64,000 nucleotides of DNA from Podarcis melisellensis (lineage: Eukaryota). The translations under genes were made by a program, and so were the position numbers. Position 1 is the stretch's first letter, and each line of letters opens with the position of its first letter. The stretch lies in NCBI GenBank assembly GCA_964234715.1, contig OZ174281.1. One strand, written 5' to 3'. The notes under the pieces were generated by a model. That model made no database searches. It was given only the letters and a program-made list of their open reading frames with translations, and was not told the origin of the DNA. This document shows positions 26,941 to 37,979 of this stretch, one piece after another.

Positions 26941-27420
26941 CCGTATTTTTCGCTCCATAAGGTGCACCTGACCATAAGGCGCACCTACTTTTTTGGGGGG
27001 GGGGAATTCAAGGGGGAAAAAATTATTTAAAGGGAGTGCTGAGCAGAACCTGTATGCATCCCAGGCTCTGCTCAGCGTTCCCTTTCATGAGCCCCGTGGA
27101 GTGTGTGTGCGGCGCTTGCAGGCTTTTCCCCGAGGAGGGAGAAGGGCAGCCCGTCACTGATCCCAGCCGCCCTGTGGAGGCTTCGCGGGCTACCCCAGAG
27201 CTGCTCAGGAGCTTGTCGGGGCTGGTGGGGGAAGCCTGGGTTCCCCCCCCAGCCCCCAAAAGTAGCTCAGGGAGCTGCTCCCAGAGCTTGTGGGGCTGGT
27301 GGGGGAAGCCCGGGTCCCCCCCCAGCCCCAGGGACCACACATTTGTTCCATAAGACGCACAGACATTTCACCTTAGATTTTAAGAGGAAAAAAGTGTGTC
27401 TTATGGAGCAAAAAAGATGG
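26941..27420. mobile_element. Non-autonomous Tc1/mariner-superfamily element with CC...GG termini
   Basis: TA|ccgtatttttcgctccataag ... cttatggagcaaaaaagatgg|TA; subterminal ccataag-cgcac repeats; internal GC-rich tandem duplication. Starts 82 nt after the exon 2 donor. Confidence 0.85.
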
Positions 27421-29570
27421 TATATGGCGCTTCCTACAGGTTGAGTGTGTGTGTGTGTGTGTTGTGGAGGTTAGTGGTCATTGTTTGATATGGACCACTT
27501 GGGTTATACGATTCACTGGGCAGCCTTTGGCCAGTTGCTAGTACTCCAGTCCTATCATTGTAAAATAGGTATCAATAATAGTAAATTGTTTAAAATGAAA
27601 TATAAACTTATGTGAGCAATGCCAGCAAGGAATATACTAAAGCAGAGATCCTTCCACACATATGACAGGTGAGACAATTTCATAGCTGGTGTAAGTTCTG
27701 ATCCAAAACATCAGGAAGGCACCAGGTTAGGTAAGGCTGCTCTAAACTATAGTCAGAGGCCTGATTCAGCTATAATAATTCCAGTCTGGTTTAGTCTGAT
27801 AAACCAATATTTCATTAAACCAAGAATGAGCATTGTGACTTTGCTTCCATCTTCTCTTCTTTCTTTGTCATGCTGCAGTGGAATAGAATAGAAACTGAAT
27901 TTGAAGGATGGGTATAAAACCAAGAGGCAGAGCAATCAAACCCACAACCCCTTAGGCAGTGTTAGAAAGCTAGGAGCTAAATGGCACCTTGAACCTAGGT
28001 TATGGGCGCAACAATGGAATGGCTAGGTGTGCTTTTTTAACAACAAGAATACAAAGCTGAAAATGAATGAACTGCAGCTAAAGTATTATGTTCATTTTTC
28101 ACATGGTCTAGTCCTTCCCCTGCCCACCCCCTAATATTCTTAAGAGGGTCTCTTCTCCAGTCTTCAGAGAGTAGTTGGAAGTGAGGAGGCAGAAAAAGGT
28201 CCTCCTTTCCTTCCACTGTGCAGTTTTAATCTGAAATCTTAGGCGCAGTACAGCTCCCAGAGCTCAGCAACACCTTAAATCCTCTTGATTCCCCAGATGA
28301 CACCCCCCCCCCCGCATCTGTACTGACTGCTGCAAGTTTCATTCAGGAGACTTACCTTTCCCTCCCTTATCCTCAATGGCAGGACTGTGTGTTTTCTCCC
28401 ATTTCCCTCCTTCCTTCTCCTTCTTTCCCTCAGTGCTTGCCTTGGGGCATTAACAAAAGACTCATAAAGTATATTTACCATAAGCGTGCTTGCATTATTA
28501 TGGAAACCTCCTGTGTAATACAAACCTTCCCCAGAGTTTGAGGTAGTTGGCACCCATGATTTTGTTCTGGTCACTTACTGGACTTCCTGTGGAAATTTGT
28601 TGGACGTTATGGCACTGGGTTGTAGCTTTGATTCTGCCTCCATTCACTCTCAGCTTGTTAGACCTCTTGGAAAAGCTTTAGAATTTGATATCCTGAACCC
28701 CTTCACTAATTGCTTGGTGCTGCAGCCATTAGGGAGCTTTTAATGAAATAGCAAAAGGAAGAAAGGGAGCTGAAGGTATAAGAAGGGAGGTAAGACTCTT
28801 TTTTTATATTTATATATGTGGTGCTGTTGAATGGGCATCGTAAGAACAGGGGTAGTAATGGCTATTTCTTCAGGGCAAGTTCCATACCGTAACTACAATG
28901 ATGCTGAATAAAAATGGGGTATCAACTAAAGAGCCCCAACTGCAATTTTGTGGGAAATTACAGAAAGCAAAGGACATACACTAAATGGTTGTTGTTTATT
29001 GAAAGGGGATAGATTTGTTTGTTTGTTTGTTTTTAAAACGGTCAAGACCGTAATCTAGCTGTTTGGTATGATCTGCCATATCAGGGTTCAGTTGTGGCAA
29101 CTTTTAATGCCAGCCCAGTCTCTAGTTACCCCTCTTCTCCCTTGACAATAGAAGGGAACCTTGAGAGCAGTAAATCCTGAGCTAGTCAATTACACCTGCA
29201 TTCACTGTTGTCTAATACAATGACAGGGAGCATCAAAGCTGAAGTGCCCCAGGTGCTCGTTTTCAGGCTAGTATGCCATGGCTTATTAAATTTGAATCAA
29301 GCTGTACCCTAAACCTCATCAAAGATTGCAGCAGATGTAATAACCAGCCAACATCATGGCTCACATTCTCCTTGCTAACATTGCCCAATAATATTCTTGG
29401 TAGCTTAGCACGATAAAAGTCTTTTCAGACATAGGACTCAAGTTTAACTCTGATGTGGTATTTACTATTAGTGTATTTTTTATACTTTTAGTGAATTTAT
29501 ATTTTTGCTCTCTTTTTCTGCTGCTTCTACAGCCTAACACAAGACTTTTGCACGCTGGCTCTTGCTACAC

Positions 29571-29901
29571 CAGGGGTCGGCAACCCGCGGCTCCGGAGCC
29601 GCATGTGGCTCTTTTACACCTTTGCCGCAGCTCCGGGGCAGATACTAGCGAGGGGAGGAGGCGCATTGTGCGCCCCAACACTCCCCACTGTGGCGGTCGC
29701 TGTACTGGCTGTGACGTCGCATGGGGGCGGTGCGTGCGTTAGTCACGCACCGTCCTGACGTCACCTTCCCGCCTGCTGTCAGATCGCGGCTCCGGAGATA
29801 TATTTGTTTTAAATGTTGCAATGGTTTTGCCGCTCCCAGTTTTATTTTCTTCGGAAACGGGTCCAAGTGGCTCTTTTTGTCTTAAAGGTTGCAGACCCCT
29901 G
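29571..29901. mobile_element. hAT (Charlie-like) MITE
   Basis: TIRs caggggtcggcaacc / ggttgcagacccctg; TSD TGCTACAC/TGCTACAT. Confidence 0.88.
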
Positions 29902-31237
29902 TGCTACATAAATGCCCTCTGGCATCCCTTTCATTTTTCAGCGTCCCCCCCACAAATTTTTTTGCACCCCAGTTCCATTGGCAAAAGGGGGAATAGAAAT
30001 TTTATCAAAATGGTGGTAGCCACAGCATGCCTTAATTGAGCTTGTGTGAGCCACCAGTTGAAGCTCAGTGGTCTTGTACAAAGGCACAAACACTCCAGGA
30101 CTCAATGCACTAGGCCTTGCCTGATGGTGGGGGGTTTTTTTTTGTTTGTTTGTTTCGTTTTTTTTGCATATCAGCCCATGAACAGAAGGATTTGTTTGAA
30201 TCTGTGATGTGTCTTGTTGAATTTGCTTTTTGACACTCCTACACAAAACCTATTTTTCTCTTTGGGTATTTGCTTCTTAAAATGTAGGTGAAATATTTGT
30301 GGGTGAATAAAAATAATACAGTTTTCTCATCTAGAAATATATGAACATAAGAGAACTTGATAGAAAATTCTGCAGTATAAAAATAATATCCATCAAGTGG
30401 GTTTTTTTAAAAAACAGATTTTTAAAATTATTGCATGTTTTAGGAATATCTTAGGATAGCCATGATTAACTCAAGTCTACAGGGTATGTCTTAGTTGGAT
30501 ACAATCCATTGTCTTCATTCGGGTGTTAGCTTAGGACCATATTAACATGCACAATTAATAAAAATTAATTAAAACATCTTGAGTATATTAACATGCACAA
30601 TTAATAAAAATAACTATTATTTACATTCTTTGTTTAATTCTAATGACACAGCAGTGCTTAATTGTGTGCTTAACTTTATTAATTCCATTGGCCCTAAATT
30701 TATCTAGACTGTGCCTATAACCTCGGAGGTTATGCAACGCAATCCAGTCACCATAAAATACAGCATAAGAGCATGTTTGCTTCACAGCCACTAGGTGTCA
30801 CTAGAGAGTTCTTGCAGCCTTGATACAGGAAAATGGATGAGAATTGTCCCTCGCGATTAAAAAAAAATCCCCAAATATTGTTTACTATAGGTAATTGTAT
30901 TATTTACGAGTTTGAATTTGAGTTTCAAAATTCTTTACAAAGAAAATGAATAAGAATAAGAATAAGGGTGTTCCATACAATAGGATGGTGATCCTGTCAA
31001 ACATCATCACAGCAAAACAAACTCTCCTAATTTTTATTTAGTTTTATTAACTGATATTAAAAATGCATCAGCGCTTCTGGACAATAGTTAAGGTTAATGC
31101 TACTATTTCTTGTGCACTTTTGAATTACTTTAAAGTAGAGATCACTTTGTTGTAGGTCAAAATACTCACCTTGGTGAAAATCAAATGTATTAGTTGTCAA
31201 AAAATGCATTTGTCTCAATTCCTTGCATGGCTCAGAG

Positions 31238-31487
31238 CATGGGTAGGCAAACTAAGCCCCGGGGGCCGGACCCAGCCCAATCGCCTTCTAAATCCGGCCC
31301 ACGGACGGTCCAGGAATCAGCATGTTTTTACATGAGTAGGATGTGTCCTTTTATTTAAAATGCATCTCTGGGTTATTCGTGGGGCATAGGAATTCGTTCA
31401 TTTCACCCCAAAAAATATAGTCTGGCCCCCCACAAGGTCTGAGGGACAGTGGACCGGCCCCCTGCTGAAAAAGTTTGCTGACCCCTG
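31238..31487. mobile_element. hAT (Charlie/OposCharlie1-like) MITE
   Basis: TIRs catgggtaggcaaact / agtttgctgacccctg; perfect TSD GCTCAGAG. Confidence 0.88.
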
Positions 31488-33012
31488 GCTCAGAGCAATA
31501 CAAATCCCCATATAAAAAGAGGAGTCAGTCAATTTCAAAAATGAATTGTACTTGACAAATTGTCTCAGAATGAAATTCTGCTTATTCTTGTATTCCTCAG
31601 TGATTATGTTGTTGGCCGTCCTTTCTCTTTGATCTGAAGCCCAAAGGGACTGGCCCATTAAGTTCCAATTAGGAGCAGGCATATCACCAACTCTCTTTAA
31701 TCTATTTATCTGTGTGTTTATAATCTGCATATTAATTAAGAAGGTAGATTTGCAGCATATAAAATTAAAGTGAACAAAGATATCCATAACAATATCAATT
31801 TTAAAAATCCATAAATGCTGGTGGGTTTAAAAGAGAAAATTCAAATTGCAAATGTGTGGCTAAACAGTATAGTTTTCAAAAGACATCTCAAGGGAGGGAG
31901 AGAACTTCCTGCCCAAAGTTCTGCTAGCAGGGAGTTTCACAGGGCAGTGCCTGTCAAACTAAAGGTTTCGTCTCTTGTGAAGGCCAGCCAAACTTCAGAG
32001 GCATGAGACCCACCAGAGGTGCCCCCCTCAAAGGATCTTGGTGATTGAGGTGAGTCGAATCTGAGTACAATATAGCTTAGTTGGATACCACCCTTTATTT
32101 CTGGGACTGGTTCTGGAGCAGCCATGCAATGGAACATGGTTCTGCTTATTGGCAAGGAAGTAGTGCTATGAGTCCCCAACAGAAATATGAGTAAGGTTTG
32201 CAAGACGAAATGTGCATTCTGGCTGGCCAATGTACAACAGAGCTGTTAAGTTTACTTTCAGAACGGTTGGTCCCAATTGTCTGCACAGTTAAATCAGTCA
32301 CCTAGAGAGTTGTATTGTGACTAGATTTGTCTGTTTCACCTAGACAGGTTAGATAACATTCATTGTCAAGCACTAATTACTGATATGGAAATAAGAGTGA
32401 GCACCTGTGTAGAAAGGAACTGATATGAATTATGCACAGTGCTGATGATATCTGCAATTACCGAAGCAAAACTAACTCATGACAATACAGCACTTAATGC
32501 CATTAGATACTATGCTGTGTTAAATATGCACAAGCCTCTTCCTTCAAAACATTCAGGTGCTGTTCAGGGACATAAGAAACGTGTAAGTGTAATAATCTAT
32601 CTAAAAGAAGTCAGATGCTTAGTATCCCATGAACCATGCTTGTGGAAAAACTAAAGCGATGAATTGTGTGCTGGCGCCATATCTACAGTGCAGGTATAAT
32701 ACATACATAACACGACTCACACTGAAAGCTTCAGATCTGCTTCAAGACTGTAGTTCAGCTGCAATTCATGTTGCTGGATTTTATCCAAGTCTGCAGCCTG
32801 ACTTTGTTGCAATTCATCCTTGTTTCAGATAAGTGTGTAGTTTAAGAAAAATAGTGAATTCACATATGTTGCTTATAAATAGGTAGCCTCCCACTGATTT
32901 CTCCAAAATCGGGGGAAAGAAAGAAAAAGAAAACTATTTAGCTCAATTAGGGTTTGTCAGATCACCAGTTTGTATGAACATCTTTAAACTTTTTATACTG
33001 TCTCCATAGGTA

Positions 33013-33367
33013 AAGATAAAGGTAAAGGGACCCCTGACCATTAGGTCCAGTCGTGGCTGACTCTGGGGTTGCGGTGCTCATCTTGCTTTATTGGCCGAGG
33101 GAGCCGGTGTACAGCTTCCGGGTCATGTGGCCAGCATGACTAAGCCACTTCTGGTGAACTAGAGCAGCGCACGGAAACACCGTTTACCTTCCCGCCAGAG
33201 CGGTACCTATTTATCTACTTGCACTTTGACGTGCTTTTGAACTGCTAGGTTGGCAGGAGCAGGGACTGAGCAATGGGAGCTCACCCCATCGCAGGGATTC
33301 GAACCGCCAACCTTCTGATCAGCAAGTCCTAGGCTCTGTGGTTTAACGCACAGCACCACCTGCATCC
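33013..33367 (-). mobile_element. Sauria SINE
   Basis: (ACCTTT)n tail seen as aaaggtaaag; TSD CTGTCTCCATAGGTA at 32998-33012 and 33368-33382. Confidence 0.92.
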
Positions 33368-34292
33368 CTGTCTCCATAGGTAGTCTCTTGCAATTACAAA
33401 TTCAGTGGAAATCAGAGAGATGTATTAATACAAACTGAATCTCCACATGTGTACATATACAGTATGTCAAGGGTGGGGAACAGTTAAACCAGAAGCTACT
33501 GCTGGACTCTGTTCCCATCATCCCCGGGCAGCATGACCAGTGGTCAGAAATTGCAGCTCTATTTTAAATGTATTATTTATTTGGTTTATATAATGCCCTC
33601 AGAGCAGTGAGACATGATTTTTTTCCAAAATTGCTATCAAATTTTAGTAGAGGAGAATACAACAAAAGAAATTGAGGAAAAGAGGGAGCAAGGATAACAA
33701 GCAGACAAAAGAAAGGAGAGGAAGGTGTGAGGCTAACAAGGAGCAAATAATATGTGTTAACATCTTCTAGTTTCAAGGCACTGTATATTCCCAACCATCC
33801 TTTTAACGGAATACTGAATGTTCAGAGTTGCATGTGTGATGCACCAAAGAGACAGGAGACTGTAAAACAGTCAAGTTTTTGGATCGTTGCTAATGTAAGA
33901 AATGGAAAAGTGACTAGAGTAAAGGGCTTCAATCAATGATGGAACCCAACCCCCCCCCCACTGTATTATTTTTTTAAAAAAGGTGAATTATTAGCCTGAG
34001 AAACAAATAGATGGGTCGTTTTCGTAGTGTGTGTTCACTCTCCTGTCTTCTTTACACCATTCTAAATGGGCGATTGAATGAAAAATAGTCTATATACTGC
34101 TTTTAAAGGAGATGGAGTGCTTAGCATGTGCATACATAAAGCCTCAGAGAATATGTCTGTTATTTTGAGATTTGCATCCTGCCAAACATGGAGCACTTAG
34201 CATGGCTAATTAACAGATAACAGTTCTAGTTCTATTCAAGTTAATGCCTGAATGCACTGTTGTAAATGGTCAAGACCAGTCAAAGGCAACTA

Positions 34293-34482
34293 TGGGGTTG
34301 CGGTGCTCATCTCGCTTTCAGGCTGAGGGAGCCGCCGTTTGTCCACAGACAGCTTTCTGGGTCATGTGGCCAGCATGACTAAACCACTTCTGGTGCAATG
34401 GGACACCGTAATGGAAGCCAGAACGCATGGAAACACGTTTTATCTTCCTGCCACAGCAGTACTTATTTATCTACTTGCACCG
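34293..34482 (-). mobile_element. Partial Sauria-type SINE
   Basis: Shares ggggttgcggtgctcatctcg...gggtcatgtggccagcatgact...tttatctacttgcac with the full copies. Confidence 0.75.
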
Positions 34483-34504
34483 GCATGCAAGTGTAAATGG
34501 TAAT

Positions 34505-36654
34505 TAGAATCATAGAATCATAGAGTTGGAAGAGACCACAAGGGCCATCGAGTCCAACCCCCTGCCAAGCAGGAAACCATCAGAGCACTCCTGACATATG
34601 GTTGTCAAGCCTCTGCTTAAAGACCTCCAAAGAAGGAGACTCCACCACACTCCTTGTCAGCAAATTCCACTGTCGAACAGCTCTTACTGTCAGGAAGTTC
34701 TTCCTAATGTTTAGGTGGAATCTTCTTTCTTGTAGTTTGGATCCATTGCTCCGTGTCCGCTTCTCTGAAGCAGCAGAAAACAACCTTTCTCCCTCCTCTA
34801 TATGACATACTTTTATATATTTGAACATGGTTATCATATCACCCCTTAACCTCCTCTTCTCCAGGCTAAACATGCCCAGCTCCCTTAGCCGTTCCTCATA
34901 AGGCATCGTTTCCAGGCCTTTGACCATTTTGGTTGCCCTCCTCTGGACACGTTCCAGTTTGTCAGTGTCCTTCTTGAACTGTGGTGCCCAGAACTGGACA
35001 CAGTACTCCAGGTGAGGTCTGACCAGAGCAGAATACAGTGGCACTATTACTTCCCTTGATCTAGATGCTATACTCCTATTGATGCAGCCCAGAATTGCAT
35101 TGGCTTTTTTAGCTGCCACGTCACACTGTTGGCTCATGTCAAGTTTGTGGTCAACCAAGACTCCTAGATCCTTTTCACATGTACTGCTCTCAAGTCAGGT
35201 GTCACCCATCTTGTATTTGTGCCTCTCATTTTTTTTGCCCAAATGCAATACTTTACATTTCTCCCTCTTAAAATTCATCTTGTTTGTTTTGGCCCAGTTC
35301 TCTAATCTGTCAAGGTCGTTTTGAAGTGTGATCCTGTCCTCTGGGATGTTAGCCACCCCTCCCAGTTTGGTGTCATCTGCAAATTTGATCAGGATGCCCT
35401 TGAGTCCATCATCCAAGTCGTTGATAAAGATGTTGAATAAGACCGGCCCAAGACAGAACCCTGTGGCACCCCACTAGTCACTCTTCTCCAGGATGAAGAG
35501 GAACCATTGATGAGCACCCTTTGGGTTCGGTCAGTCAGCCAGTTGCAAATCCACTGAGTGGTAGCATAGTCAAGACTGCATTTTACCAGCTTCTTTACAA
35601 GAATATCATGGGGCGCCTTGTCAAATGCCTTGCTGAAATCAAGGTAGGCTACATCCACTGCGTTCCCTTCATCTACCAGGCTTGTAATTCTGTCAAAAAA
35701 CGAGATCAGGTTAGTCTGACATGACTTATTTTTCAGAAATCCATGCTGACTATTGGTGATCACAGCATTCCTTTCTAGGTGCTCACAGACTGTTTGCTTA
35801 ATGATCTGCTCCAGAATCTTCCCTGGTATTGATGTCAGACTGACTGGGTGGTAATTATTTGGGTCCTCTCTTTTCCCCTTTTTGAAAATAGGGACAACAT
35901 TTGCCCTCCTCCAGTCTGCCGGGACTTCGCCTGTTCTCCAGGAATTCTCAAAGATGACTGCCAGTGGTTCTGAGATCACATCTGCCAGTTCTTTTAATAC
36001 TCTTGGATGCAGTTCATCTGGCCCTGGAGACTTGAATACATCTAAACTAGCCAAGTATTCTTGTACTATCTCCTTAGTTATTCTGGGCTGTGTTTCCTCT
36101 GCTGAATCATTTGCTCCAAATTCTTCAGGTTGGCCATTGTTTTCTTTATCGGAGAAGACTGAGGCAAAGAAGGCATTGAGGAGTTCAGCCCTTTCTGTGT
36201 CCCCTGTTTGCATTTCACCATCTTCTCCTCTGAGTGACTCCACTGTTTCTTTGTTCTTCCTTTTGCTACGAACATACCCATAAAAGCCTTTTTTGTTGCT
36301 TTTAACCTCTCTAGCAAGCCTGAGTTCATTCTGTGCTTTAGCTTTTCTAACTTTGTGTCTACACGTGCTGGCTATTTGTTTGAATTCCTCTTTGGTGGTT
36401 CCCCCCTTTTCCATTTTTTGTACACATCCTTTTTTAATCTTAACTCAGTTAAAAGTTCTTTAGATAGCCACCCTGGCTTCTTTAGGCACCTTCCATGTTT
36501 CCATCTCATTGGTATTGCCTGAAGTTGTACTTTTACTATCTCCCTCTTAACAAACTCCCAGCCATCATGAACTCCCTTTCCTTTTAGTATTACTGTCCAT
36601 GGGATCTCACCCAGCACTTCCCTAAGTTTTATGAAGTCGGCTTTCTTAAAGTTG
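34505..36654 (-). mobile_element. CR1 LINE, 5'-truncated, ORF2 broken by frameshifts and a stop
   Basis: ORF pieces [56 protein letters not shown]; 3' tail (GATTCTAT)n seen as tagaatcatagaatcatag. Confidence 0.95.
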
Positions 36655-37034
36655 CATGCAAAGGTTGTCTCCTTTGTACTGCTGTTGTCTCCTTTTGCCG
36701 CTTGTGTAAAAAGGATGTGCACAATGAGAAAGAAGAGCCTTGCTGAATCAGACCACCTAGTCTAGCACCCTGTTTCTTGCAGTAGGGAACCAGATGTTAA
36801 GAAACGCAGGGGAGAGGCAGAGCAAAGAGGGGTGAGCATTGGTTGTTGTGAACAAGGAAAGTCATTCAGTTACAGATGCAACTCCAGATTCTAGCACCAG
36901 CTTCCATTAAGGAAAAGCCTGTTTCCATTATGGGCTGAACGACCTACAGCTGATCAGCCCCTCTTCTTTGCCCGGCAGCTGGCAAATTCCAGCAAGAGAC
37001 TTGCTTCCATCTTAGGCTGAATGAGATCCAGCTG

Positions 37035-37170
37035 CAGGCATGGCCAAACTTGGCCCTCCAGATGTTTGGGGACTACAATTCCCATCATCCTTGACCACTG
37101 GTCCTGTTAGCTAGGGATGATGGGAATTGTAGTCCCCAAACATCTGGAGGGCCAAGTTTGGCCATGCCTG
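37035..37170. mobile_element. Palindromic hAT-type MITE with 56-bp perfect arms
   Basis: Same family as 13681-13816. More degenerate copies lie near 20140-20250, 26168-26300, 38060-38170, 46381-46490 and 52950-53085. Confidence 0.88.
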
Positions 37171-37623
37171 CCCTAGGGGCATTTATTCGATACCATTTTT
37201 GATTGTGACGGGGTTTTTTTGTAAGCCACTTCAAGAGCCTCTCAGGGTTATAAAGCAAATAATAGGCATTCTAAATGAAATTGGATGCATAGAGTGCTCT
37301 GTATAGAGTCTCCATCAAATCATTTGGGTAACGTTGGTAAGGCCTCTTGCTCTTTTCTCAGGTGTTCATAAGTATTCAGCTAGCATGTGGTGGGACAGTA
37401 TTGCAGCAGCAGACTCTGGCCCTTCCACCTCCCCCCTTGTACATTCATTAGAAAATCTGTATGTAAGCTTACAGTACAGGTACAGACGTACACACAGGGG
37501 CTCCCTACAAAGACTCTAAGGGACATGTGTGCATTCATCTTTCACAAGCAAATGCCTGAATTAATGCCAGTATCTTCTAAGGTATGTGAAGTGGCTAATT
37601 ATAAGTTGGTAATATGTTCCTTA

Positions 37624-37979
37624 AAAGTAAAGGTAAAGTGACCCCTGACCATTAGGTCCAGTCGTGACCGACTCTGGGGTTGCAGTGCTCATCTCACTTT
37701 ATTGGCCGAGGCAGCCGGCGTGCAGCTTCCGGGTCATGTGGCCAGCATGACTAAGCTGCTTCTGGAGAACCAGAGCAGCGTATGGAAACGTTGTTTACCT
37801 TCCCGTCGGAGCGGTACCTATTTATCTACTTGCACTTTGACGTGCTTTCGAACTGCTAGGTTGGCAGGAGCAGGGACCGAGCAACAGGAGCTCACCCCAT
37901 CACAGGGATTCGAACCGCTAACCTTCTGATCAGCAAGTCCTAGGCTCTGTTGTTTAACCCACAGCGCCACCCGCATCCC
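37624..37979 (-). mobile_element. Sauria SINE
   Basis: TSD TAATATGTTCCTTA at 37610-37623 and 37980-37993. Confidence 0.92.

Noticed and set aside
34505-36722. Active CR1 or a host reverse transcriptase gene
   Set aside because: 5'-truncated, at least two frameshifts and an in-frame TGA at 35195; no endonuclease domain.
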